In this document: in pieces, positions 39,431-51,741 of the stretch
Numbering within the stretch: position 1 is the first letter of the stretch
How the letters are laid out: each line of letters opens with the position of its first letter
NCBI GenBank assembly: GCA_002633005.1
Contig: NMRA01000193.1
Location: 579,005 to 643,004, forward strand
DNA: 64,000 nucleotides
Direction: 5' to 3'
Source: Phoronis australis
Lineage: Eukaryota; Animalia; Phoronida
Notes under the pieces: generated by a model
Told to the model about the DNA's origin: nothing
Seen by the model: only the letters and a program-made list of their open reading frames with translations
Database searches by the model: none
Program-made: the position numbers and the translations under genes

Positions 39431-39639
39431 CGCCGCGCGTGCGAGAGAGTGGTTTGTATTCCTTTGTTCCGGTGTGCGTACTTGCTATGGAATTTAGTCG
39501 TCAAAACTTTTTTTAACTCCGCCGTTTCAACCGAATTACATAAGAGCCATATCATTAGAAAGCCCTTTGTCAGTTCTTGACGATTATACTAGAAGCAAAC
39601 GAAAAATAATTTAATTCATAAGTAATTGTCATTTCCAGA

Positions 39640-39760
39640 CTCCATTCATTGTGTGAGGCTCAAGCTGCTTTCAGGGAGGGGTATTCAACAGTGGATATCA
39701 TGTTTATTCTCGATATACTAACTAACAAATATCTATTGACACGTAGAGGCATGTTCTATT
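39640..39760 (+). mobile_element. LINE RT fragment (RTE/L2-like)
   Basis: LCEAQAAFREGYSTVDIMFIL motif. Confidence 0.6.
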
Positions 39761-42521
39761 GGGTCTGGCAAAAGAGTCTTCAACTGGGATAGAAATTTGA
39801 ATGTTTTAAGTATCAGCTCTACATAAACCGCGTGAACATAGAAATCTTAGTTAATACTATAGACTGGGCGCACGCGCTAAGGCAGCTGACAAATTGACGC
39901 CACATTAGAGAGTGTTTCTAGTCACTTGACCACGTTAATCGCAGTGTAAATAAACGGAGCAAATTGCCCTTTTAAATGCACGATATCTAACACATGAAGA
40001 GTCGGAAGAGTGCAAGTTTTTTCAAAAACATAAAAAACATGTGACGCAGCACTTACGTGCGTTTCTTAAGAGTCAATCAGTCGATAGCGAAAATATCAAA
40101 CTAATAGAAGATCGTAACCAGCGGCAGATTCTCCAGTCGCCTGTTTGGCTGCACGGTTGTCAATTGCCCCCGGTTTTTGTTTAAGAGAAACCAGTAAGAT
40201 CGCGCAAATTTATCATTTAGTTCGTGTCGCTCGAAGCAAATATAAAGTATCCAGGAGACGTCTCGCACACTCGGGTGGTACGTACTTCCGTGGAGCCCCA
40301 ATACGCCTTTTCGGTATTGAAAAATGACCCAGGGCAACTTTGTAGTATCAAAATATGACCCGGGTCGCTTTTTATGGGGTCTAAATTTAATGTGAACTGC
40401 TGTGAAAAATGATCTCATTGGGTGGGGGGAGGGGTCATATAAGTAAATGATAGGTTTTTAAAGTTCATCAAAGACCACAGACTCAGTTCCTTTCCTGTGT
40501 GTTGCTCGGGATTGTCAACGTACAAATACTCTTGTCTCACGCGCGGTATTCATCTCTCACGGATCTATATTCCCCCGATTAAGCACCAGGCACTTGTTGG
40601 TGTTTTGTGATATCCACACTTCGTGTAATTATTGGCTCACAAAAGGATCAGCCCCGCTCCCATACATTAGTTCGAACCGTTCCTTTGCCTCCCCGGCCTT
40701 AATTTTATATACGCACTGCGCGTCCCTCAGCCGAAAAATAATTTAAAATAGATTATTCTCTCACGCACGCTTCGCCTTCTTACGGTTTCAAATTTGACTT
40801 TGATAGTAAGAAAACTTGGCTGTGATTGGAAGATTCAATAACATATGGCCAAGTATTTTGGGTTAGTTTTTATGCAGGTAGTCAAATATATCCTGGCACG
40901 AGCATTGTAAAAATGCTCTGTTGCCAATTTGGGCAACTGAACGAAGGGCTGTTCGAAAAATAGTGATTGTTTACGCTTCAGCCCAGCTCCCACACATCAT
41001 GTTCCTGTTATGCACGTCGTTCAGTACTTCCTCTCCCTAGGTGCGGCATATAGTGAAAAAGCAAGATTTCCCGTGCCATGCACCACTCAGGTCACTCCCA
41101 GACCTAAACATCAGCGTATCGAATAATTGCGGGTATGATGTCTGCTTATCCCAACCCCCCTGTTGCGGGTAGACCGTTGAATAATGTAGGGACAGGTTTT
41201 CACGTACGTGATGTCATTTTATTCAGGGGTTGAAAATTCTTCACATTAAGTTTAGCCTCTTTGAAAAAACTAACCGAGGTCATTATTTCATGGGGTCACT
41301 GCTTAATGCTACACCGACTCAGTTAGGTATATTTCTACTCGGGTTTCGAGTGGGAAATTCAGTATTTTGGGTAAAGATTGGGTGCGCAATTTAGTCGTAC
41401 AGGTTTGATATTTTGGTTACTATGCACCTTTTGCGCAAATTTTGAGCTCGTAAGCAAGCAGTGCAAATTTACAGAATTTCCAATGTCAACTTTGACATAA
41501 GTACAGATTTTGCCGTTATTTGTTTGTTTAGATACAACAGAAAATATCTGATTTTGGAATACATATTAAGAAAGGAGTAGCTCAGTTCACTGACAATCAC
41601 TATTTCTGCTTGATTGAGTTTGTAGTGGCCAAGTACAATATTAGAATGGGAAATGTTGCACTTGCACACTGCATCATTCAACTCCGCTAGTGTAAGTCAG
41701 AAGATGACCAAGATCATTTTTGCGAAGGCCGATGAATTCTTGACAAAGAAAATAGCGTATGGTTCTAGTCTGTGATATTTTAAAAAACTGATGTGGTTAT
41801 TCGCTAGTATTTAATTGTTCAAACTTTCAAATAGAAAAAGGCCAACTGAAATGGGTCCCAACATTGTTTGATGTTGGCTGAAATTGTGTAGATTCTTTTT
41901 TCCCTAAAGTTACCTGATGCCAGCTGAAATTGGTCTTGATCTTCTTTTAAAATGTGTGGTGTTGGTTTTTGAAACAGCCCAAATGTTGTGTAGGCTGTCA
42001 TGCTATTCAAATCTGCAAGTGTCTGACTTGAGGAAAATCATAATTTTTATAGTCTGTCCTGATGATGGTCTTCTGATACTTAGTGTATTGTATTAATACC
42101 TGGGTATGTAGGACAGGACAGTTAGAGTTTGTGACCATTGAGTTTTATTATAAATATTTTGTGGCGAGGTGTTGTCAAGATAAGTGTACAAGTAACAGAA
42201 ATGTGTTCCAGTTAATGTCAGATCCAAATGAATCAAGGGATTAAATTAAAGTTGGATAAAATCTGACTTTTGCTGAAGTGGAGTGCATTGACCAAAATGG
42301 TACAGTAACTTTTTACCAGCTAGACATTTGCCTTTTATGTTACGGTGTGTTTTTACTGCGTGATTGTGATATTTTGAAATACACCAAAACTTTGAAATGT
42401 TTACTATATCTCAATGTGTTGTTTCTGTGTGAACATTTTTTGATGTACTTCTCGTTTTGGATGGCCAATTAGATTGAAGTGTGCTTGTTATTGGCAGAGA
42501 AAAATCTGCAATCTCCCACAT

Positions 42522-42611
42522 CATGGTCGGATCCAAGGGGTACATTGATTGGTGTATTTGGTAAAATTTAAGAACGTGAATGTCCTTTTTAAAACTCTAG
42601 ATCCGCCTATA
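42522..42611. mobile_element. Minimal MITE related to 58676-59435
   Basis: Termini CATGGTCGGATCC and TAGATCCGCCTAT; flanks CACAT/TACAT. Confidence 0.45.
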
Positions 42612-44046
42612 TACATCGCAGTCGCCGTGTTGTTTTACAGCAGAGTCTATGATACATCTGTTTGAATTGTGAGACTATGTCGTTGCACAGTAGAAACTAC
42701 TAGTTCACCAAGCTAAGATGAATTGGGTACTAGGACAAGTAATACCAGATAGTTAAAGAAACGTAGCGTATCAATGAAATAATATTTTCTTGAGACCCCT
42801 CAGCACCCCGTACACGCCTGCATATTGATGTAATTATTATTCCTTGGTATAACCTGAAGTAGACAATTCCAATCACCAAATGCATGCTTTGACCTCAGGC
42901 TTCGGCCGCCCAAGCAGTGGTGTTCACAGACGCACGCGGCTAACCGATGTATATGTACAAACTGTACGTGTGTTACCAACTAGAACAGGGTGTTACGTGG
43001 TGTCTTTTATGCGCATTCCTGTTTTTTCATTGAAGATGTTAATGTTTTGAAAAATTTTGCTCCCAACCTTTATTCAAACTGGTCTCTGCCCTCAATTCCG
43101 AACATGTACAGGTCCATTGGTCAGTTATTGCATACAACGACACGATTACATGCACGCATACTGCTGTTTGTGTACGCATCGATTTCCATGGGTTTTTATT
43201 CAATTTTTCTCTACTTAGTTAGTGTTCAAGTGTTTCACACGAACGCATGCCTCACATCTTTTTGTTTAAATAAATCAAGTGGCGTCGGGTCAAGGAATTT
43301 TTAGACCCAACCTTAAAAAATTAGGAATGCATTGGTGTAATGGCGCTCCGGAGAGTGGACCCTTCACCTTGACAGCAGATCGTCTTCTCGGTTTATAAAC
43401 AAATGAAAAGTGTTTACCACGGTATTATACCACGTAGTACATGTATATCGGAAATATTGTCCAAAATTTATACATTTTAGTGATTGTCTTTTCGACTGAT
43501 CCGGCAAAAACTCCCAGGCCCGGCAGCACTCCCTGAAAATTTCAGTCAAAGCATTAGAAATTTTGCCTTTGCAATGGCTTATATGACCGTTTATGCAATG
43601 CGTGGGTCACAGGTGTACGTTGCGTTATGTTACCAATATTTTAAAACCTCGTTAGTTTTTAAAATTTAAAAGTTTATTCTGAAAATTCCCCGGCTTTCAT
43701 GAGGCCAACTTGCCAAACCTTCCTATGCTTTTACGTTAATGATATGAGCCTGACTGGGGTCCGGCGTGTGTCGGCGCAAAATTCCAGACGCCCGACTAGC
43801 AGCAGTTGTCCCGAGCGCAAGAACGCCGTGCTGGGCGATCTCGTAGGTAGAATGCAAGTAGTGAAAATGTTTATCAATATACGTGACCCCACGGTAATTT
43901 CATTTACCGTAGATCCCACGGAACTCACATTTTCTTCTGTGGGAAATCATGAACTAAAACGTGGACTCGTGTATTTCTGCAGAACAAGAATTGGTTAATT
44001 TTACGCATGCGCAAATGCGACGGTCACTGAATGCTGGACAACTTAC

Positions 44047-46623
44047 CTCGCCTATTAGTCCGATGTAGATTAAGAGATTAGTTTTCTGAAAAGCTGTGTT
44101 TCTCCAATATGTAGCTAGCATTTGCTTCAAAAAAATGAGTTCTTCCTCATCAGCTATGCTGACTAAATGGGCACCGTCCTTTTCACATTGCTTCTTTGCG
44201 TAATTCCATGTAGCAGGCACACGGAATTGAAAGTGGCGTAACGAGTAACATTTACCGTTGGTTTGAAAATAATTTCCAGGTGGACATTTTGTACCGATGT
44301 GTTTGATAGATGGTGCGTCTATCTTAATGAGTTCATATTCAAGAGTAAACGAATATTCGTGTTCAACTGTGATTTCCACATGGTCACTACCAACGCTATA
44401 TACAATGTATTTTCCAACGAATTCTCTGTCTATCGAGTACAAGTGTTCTGAATATTGTTCTCCGCACGGCCTAGCAAAGACTCGTTCTTTCACAGATGGA
44501 TACACGATTTTTGCATTAGTAGCTGTGAATCGCAAACGGTAATGAAAGAACGTGTTCATTAATCCACAACCGTGCGACTTCCAGCGCAACACTATCCGAC
44601 ATGTGCCCTTGGAGGTAATGCCGTGATCGAGATGTGAAAAACGACCACATGTTTGAGATGACATAATAGTGTTTTCGCTACAAAAATGGTCAATGCACTG
44701 CTGCGGAAGAGGATTGATGACATTGTGAACCTTAAAAGCCAGCTGGGTAGCATGTTCTTTTCCTGGGCACGCAAATATAAGCTCTGGAATCATTTTCAGT
44801 TTTCTGTAGTCACAAACTGGCAAGTGGGGGGATGGCTGTGAATAAATTCGAAAGCAATCCGTTTTAGACGGACATACGGTCCCGGTGGATAACTGGTCGA
44901 TTAGTTCTACATGCGACGACTTACTTAAGTTTACAATGGGGAAGGATATTTGGATGCTCGCATTGCCGCTCTTCTGCGGGAAGTCAAGTAAAACGATGCA
45001 ACGACGACGAGACACATCGACACCGCTGAAGGAATCGGAATACACAGGAATGCAATCTGTTTCAGACACAAATGCGTGGATGCTAGTAGGTTTGTCAGTT
45101 TTCCCTCGTATATAGAAAACAACAGTCATAAATTCTTGGGTGCTGAATATCGTAGATGGGTCAGATGCTCTGCAAAATGGCCCTCTCCTTTTATATTTGG
45201 CATTTGGAGCGTCGCCGTCATAGATGGCATATCCCAAAGTTTCACAATCATTGGCAATATACGTCATCTTGTAAATACTGAACTTAATGAAGTTATGTTT
45301 GTTTGACGCGCGGAATACCCACACGCAGTTCACAGCCTGTTTTGTCTCCGTAAGAGCCAACTTTGTATTAGCAAATGTAACCACGACTTGCCTGTCACCA
45401 GGAATTTTGCACTCCACCGGTACCCTGCCTATGTGATAAAGGGATTTGTAACTGATGTTGAGGGATACACGAAAACCGGCTGAGACAGACAGATGTATCG
45501 TTAATAAAGATGTTCTGAAATTCCGACGTCCAGTAGCAACAATAACATTTGATGACACTTGTTTCTTGTTTTCTGAATAGTCACCTTCATAAATGTTTAG
45601 CTGGCATCTTGTTTCATTTCTTTCCATTTGAGTTTGAGAAAGTGCTGACAAGTTCCAATTCAAAGCGACATCGTGCCCAATGGAAACAGATATTTCCCAT
45701 ACAAAAATTTGGTGATCATTTCACTGGAAAGAAGGGGAGCAGCTACGTCCGGTGATGCAATTGATGGTTCCTTCACTTTGCATTGAAAGCTTGATTACTC
45801 CCTGGATCTTCTTGGGTATAGTACTTTGGTTGACGGTATTGTACAGTAATTCAAATCCTTTAGCAGTCCTGCTAACGTCACTTTGAAACATCACTAACAC
45901 CCGATCTGAATTTGGATAAATCAGGACATCCGTATGGAGTCCACAATATCTGCCCAACACAGTACTGTTTTCGTTCGGTCCATCATGAATTAGAAGCCTG
46001 TCGTACTCGCAGTTTACTCCGGAATATTCCAGATCCACGTACTTAATAGTTATCACCATTCTTTCTCCTTTCTCTACTGACAACTGAGCACTGCAGTAAG
46101 CAAAGTTGGTGTAACCCATTCTCACGATAGTTTTGAATACTCCGGCATTCCCTGTTTTACTGTGTGAACAGTAACTAGCTAATCTAAGACCAAAAACGTA
46201 CCGATAGTTCAAAAACAATTTCGCTTCTGCAGACCCAAGGTGTCGGAATGTAATTTGCACAGACATTGCATCCATCGTCCACACTCGCTCCTTCAGCTGT
46301 TCTTGAGATCCACATAAGACATACTCTCGTTTTGTTTTCAAGGAGGCGGAGGATGTCATAAAACGAGCTTCAGGGCGCACGCCAAACGAACGAATTTTTA
46401 TGTAAGGCCCTGTGATTGAGTTGCAGGTATTATTTTCCGACACAAAAAAGTCGACAAAACGCAACTCTATTCTAAAAGCTTGTGTTGACGAGGTCCTCCC
46501 CAAATTCCACTGACACTGATCTCCTTGTAACTTTTTGTTATATGCTGAACCAGCGAAAATACGGGCGCACGCTGTGCTTCGCATAAGCATGAATAAAAGT
46601 TGAAACTGGACAATTGGTTTCAT
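44047..46623 (-). CDS. GRL101-like GPCR, first coding exon (signal peptide, CUB domains, start of C-type lectin), with an in-frame TGA at 45723-45721
   Basis: Leader MKPIVQFQLLFMLMRSTACA. CUB motifs CEYDRLLIHDGP..LGRYCG..VMFQSDVSRTAKGF and IYDGD..GPFC. CTL motif TWNYAKKQC..GAHLVSI..YIGL. Donor GAG|GTAAGT at 44046 (phase 0). ORFs 45721..46731 and 43954..45663 are in the same frame. A probable upstream acceptor at 46678 suggests a 5' UTR exon. Confidence 0.85.
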
Positions 46624-47699
46624 GATTCCCCTTGCTTGACTCTGCGTAATGGTTGAGCACAGTTTCCAGGTTAAGTTCTGAAAGATAAAGTTACACGTGA
46701 AAACTTTGACATTGGTGCATTGAACGTCCACGCTACATATCTCAATCTTTGGCCTTACATGGCCTGGATAGCAAAGAGGACAAGACTCATAGACCAGTCA
46801 AAACGTACCTTTCGGACAGATGTCCCTTACATTACGTCAACATCGAACACACAATGGACATACACAATGATAATTTAAGAATTTCGTCTTCACAGGTTCA
46901 ATTAACGTTTCATTATGTACCTACACTCATTTTAGCCACGCTTTCAAACTTTGATATTCTAAACAGCCATGAAAATGGGCTTTCAGGAGCTCAGGCCCTG
47001 AAACCAGCGTTTCTAAAGCCTGACACAAAACGAGTGAGCGTGAATTAATAAGACGGGCTTAGGAGTAGGCTTCCCTACAAAGACAACCATGATTGCCATG
47101 TGCTTTGTAGTGGCTGCGTTGATGCTATTCCTTAGAGAACTGTCATTGGGTCCCCCTTACGACACCACAGATCCGCATTTAGAAGTGAAGAGCAGACCAC
47201 GGCATTTAAAGGGTTCAAGTAAGAATACAAACCATAGTTGTCTAGGTAATAAAAATAGAAGGGGCAAATTTCGCCAAATATCCACCTTTTCAAAATATTT
47301 TGTGTATTACTACAGGAACGTTACCATAATCATACAAGTGTTGTGTTTTGTTTATGGAAACACTGGAATCTATTGCAAGAATTAGCTTCATATATTATCT
47401 TGAATTCTTTTTATCAACGACAGGGTGGAAATCACTAATCTGCTTTTTTAGACGGTGGGTAGAAGCTCATACAGCGTTAACCCAATTTTTTCTATGTGAC
47501 TAGTTAATACACAAATTCCAACGTCTACATTTTCAGATGTTTGTGTTTTTGTTGCAAGAAATACTATGCACATTTCTGCCACTTGGCGGCCCTTCCCTAT
47601 TAAATGGACCAATCTGAGAGCCAGATTGTACTGTTGTGTTGACAAACTTAAACATGGCAGCGCCCGCTCATGGAGTGACATATCTGTATAATTCAAGGT

Positions 47700-48720
47700 T
47701 CATGAATCAGCACTCAGTTGTGATTCCCAGAACCTGAAGAAGTGTACAGAAGCATGCCGACGAAAGCTGATGGACTGTGCAACTTTGTGAATCAGTATAG
47801 ATGGAAAAGAACAACAGGAGTCACAGACGACAAACGATTGTGCAGAAAAGCAGCTGCTTTGCTCCACTGACTTATAACATGCCCTAATGTACTGTTATAA
47901 AGGACTAAGCGTCAGAGCAAAAATTGAAAGGTCATGTAACCACATAGCAACGTTTGAAGACACCAGCCCAGAAGTAAAACTGAAGCTGCTGAAATTGACA
48001 CAAATGTTGCCCAGCAAATTCGAGCAGAATCAATCAGACTTTCAAAATCTGGAACACCAAATTGACCTAAATTTCGTAAATTCTGTCACTTGAGTGCATC
48101 ATTTGCGAGCAGGACAAGTATGTTTTGTACAACAATTTAGGAAAGAGAAAGAAGGAACAACTTTCTAGCTTTGAAAACAACATAGGTATGTGTTTTGTAA
48201 GGCACATCTTAGTGTTTCCCAAGTGTGTTCAGTATCATCACCAGTTGTATTTCAACTTGTTCTGCCTTAGGCTGCCCAGGCCTTAGACAATACCGCTGTC
48301 CATACACTGGAAGATTTTCGGCAAATTATGCATCACACTATTAAGCCATCAAAGTCATGTTTCCATAAGTTTAGAAGTACATTTTGTGCATAGAGGGGTG
48401 CCTTAGGTGGCCGTTGATGATTTTATTTGTTCCCTGCTTGAACAAATGCTGCAATCAAACATTTTTATAACAGATCGTCGTTCAGTTGCCCAAATGGACA
48501 ATTGTCCATTTTTACACTGCTCACGCCAGGAAATAATCATATATAGTCATACTACAGGTGTGATTTTAAGCACTTTGAGAAGGTTAAAAGGAGTAGATGG
48601 TTGCAATGAACTGCTAAATCAACATGCCCAAGTGGCTGTTAGTCTAGCCCTAATGTTGGGACAGAAATGTTTTGTAAACATTAGATACTTAGGTGGCCGT
48701 AATAGTAAGTAAATTGCAGT
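47700..48720 (+). mobile_element. Possible decayed hAT transposase remnant
   Basis: LSTLRRLK...SLALM in ORF 48407..48712 resembles the hAT C-terminal dimerisation motif. The upstream extent is uncertain. Confidence 0.3.
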
Positions 48721-49439
48721 ACCCAAGAAACCGGCGTCCTCGTTACAATCTGAGGACAGGGGAAGCCCCTGCCCATTTTGTTATAGGATGACAATTTAAG
48801 TGAGCTTGCTTGTACACCCCACCTGGGCTCAACTCGATTCATTCACTTATTTGACAACAGGGTCTTGGCTGTGTTTCTGTGTTTACGTGGTGGTTCCAAT
48901 GGATCAGCTTACTGCACCGTCAGCACAGAATGCAGAGGATCCGGTGCTCAAATCTCACACAGAACGAGATATTTTAGACTTGTAATTACTTGGGCATGTG
49001 GTTTGACCATAATACTCCGATAGGACATTTAAAGCGTGCTTTATGCAACCACATAAAAGTATATTTCACAAATATATTTGACAAATAACACATCAGCCTA
49101 CATCCAAGTAACACGTGTATAATATTAATGACATGAGTCTTGCAACAACTTCTCCCGGGACAATGTCAGAATAGCACGCGAGTTTTTGTGAAATCAGTAT
49201 TAAAGACCTATGGTCCGAGTTGTAGACAAAAAACTCGTTTACAGATTTAACTGGATAACTGATCTCAGTCGGCATACATCATTTTAGCGAGAGACAATTC
49301 AATTAACTATTCAGTGCTTGTCCTGTGATTTGTTGCGCTTACTAATACTAGGTCTCGCTGGCTCGATTTGTGATTTACACTGTCTTGTAAGTGTTCAGGC
49401 CCTTTTATACTAACGTCGACGCGTCGATGTAAGGAGTTT

Positions 49440-50062
49440 GCGTATAATACAATGGTTCGACCCACCTTGGAATACGCCTCTACTATTTGGGACCCTTATA
49501 GCCTACCCAAAAAGACATCGCAGCTGTAGAGAAAGTACAGAGGAGAGCTATCCTCTGTTGGTTCAATGTTAGAAACCCTAAACTGGTCCACCCTGAAAAT
49601 GTTTTACAAATATGATAAGAAGTCAGTCGTTGCCCCTACTGGAGATCTTACTGTCGCGGGCATCTGTGCCAGAAGGTCTTCCAATTATAGTATTCCAATA
49701 AATAGGACAGATAACAGGAAAAAGACATTTTTCCTAGAACAGTCGCGGATGGTTATAGCTTGCCGGGCTGCATTACATCAATCCCTTCTCTTGATAACTT
49801 TGTAAGCAAGCTATCTGCCTTTCTGAAGTAACATAGTAGGGTGCCTCCATTTGAGGCACCCGTTTACTGACTGCCGTATCTGTTAACAATCTAGCTACAT
49901 GTATGTTAACAGACCTCTGAAGTGACGTTCACTATGTATATATGTATCCTTTCAAACCTGTTATAGTTGTTCTCTTTTTTGTTGAATTTCATTGTTATAC
50001 AGTGACATAATACTCTGGAGAGAGTGTGGTGACTTAAAATAAGAAGAGAGAAAAAGAAGAAG
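49440..50062 (+). mobile_element. 3' fragment of a CR1-type LINE
   Basis: AYNTMVRPTLEYASTIWDPY..DIAAVEKVQRRA..MLETLNW, then an (AAG)-rich tail at 50040-50062. Confidence 0.85.
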
Positions 50063-51106
50063 AACGGTTAACTTCGGTCTTTGATCGAAGATAACAGCGC
50101 CAGTTAACTTCGCAGTAAACATGTGTATTTAACAGCGGAGCGCCGACGCTGCGGTGCAGTATGAACGTTCAACTTCGGTCCCATCGAAGTTATCGCCAGG
50201 GGCCACTGTTATTGTCAACAGGCTCTTTCATACTGACTTACTTCGGTATGAGCGAAGTTAACTAAACCGTTCATACCTACTTCCGAAGTTACGGACATCG
50301 AAGTAAACGGTAGGTGGCGCTGTTTACATCGAAATAATCGCAAGGTAGCGTGTCACATTTTTTTAATGTGACAACTTACATGTGCTAATAATTATTTTTA
50401 ACTCGATTGGTGATTATTCGACCAAAATATAAGCAACTATTGGCGACGACACTGGCCTTTCAGTATCAGTCCACGGATCCACCGACCACAGTATAGCCAA
50501 CAAGGCGCAAGGTGGAGGGTCAACCATTCAGAGCTATGTTTAGTCTAATAAAACACATTAGGGATGAGAGAAATTAGGTGAAATATGACACCACAAAGTT
50601 TGGTGGTTTAGGAAATATTAGGGCAGTCTTCTGGGGGCAAAATGAGGCAATTTCTTAATGCAGAATGAGTCATTTTTACTGCATCTTCTACTGCAGTCTG
50701 TGCTTCAAACAGAATCTTTTCTGAAAAATTTTGATATCACGTGATAGATTCATGACCAACGTAAGCAAAAACGGCACCGACAATAAAACATCGGTTACAT
50801 TAGCAACACTAGAGCTGTTTTCGTGGAGGTACATTTCATGCTTTTGAAAAAACCAACTTTAAGTTATATCCTTATAGCGAAGCTTCCCCCAGAGAGAAAA
50901 ATGAAAGTAATAACATGGGCATGTAGAAAACTCCATGCACTTGAAAGTAATACAAAAAACTTTGTCAGCCCTTCATGGAGGCTTGGTAATAGGTGCCTAA
51001 ATTTCCCTATTTTCAGACCGCACATTTCTGTATTTGTCATGCTAAACCAGTCACTAGTTATGCGCCGTTTGTACGCATTAAAATGCCCTAGTATAATACA
51101 TACACA

Positions 51107-51247
51107 AAACGTACCGAGAATGGTGTACATGAAGTAATATCCCACGAGATAATATTCCGCGTATCGACCTCGACCTTCGGTGTCGGTTGATACGCGGAAT
51201 AATGTCGAGTGGGACATTACTTCATGTACAGCAATTGAGGTACGTTT
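51107..51247. repeat. Long imperfect palindrome (Crypton-like internal hairpin)
   Basis: TGTACATGAAGTAAT.TCCCAC..TATTCCGCGTATC pairs with GATACGCGGAATA..GTGGGA.ATTACTTCATGTACA around a CGACCTTCGG core. Confidence 0.8.
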
Positions 51248-51741
51248 GGTAGTTATCCCATACGCTTCGAATTCCTATGTATCTTTCAATTCTTGGCAGA
51301 TTTTTTAAATACCGCACTCAGACTGTTCACATGGCTGATCAAATCCTATATGCATGTACTTGCGCGTTAGGCTGCAAGTTTTCTCTAATAAAAGAAAGTT
51401 TTAAATGTGACGATTTATCACTTGAAAAGAAAAAACAAAGACGAAAACAAGGGTGGTTTTTCTTTGAACTTGTAACATCTCCTGAAAATAGTTAAATAAC
51501 AACAATATTTGATATTGTAGTTACCGAGGAATCGGCGTCTGAGTTGCAGACGATAAAATATTTAGCAAATGAAAACTGAGACAGAACTGTCATATTACTA
51601 ACAGTCCTGTTGCAGACTTGATATTACGATTGAGACTTGATTGTATGTTGAGCGTTATTGACACTGCTGTAATTGTATTACGTTAAACTATTTTCCGAAA
51701 GTTTTCCCTCGACAAATTCAATGCCTATGGGATAAAACAAT

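Noticed and set aside
45721-45723. TGA as selenocysteine, or removed by a micro-intron ending at CCCTTCTTTCCAG
   Set aside because: The codon is not at a conserved CUB cysteine position and no SECIS was recognised. Using that AG would leave the TGA in the downstream frame.
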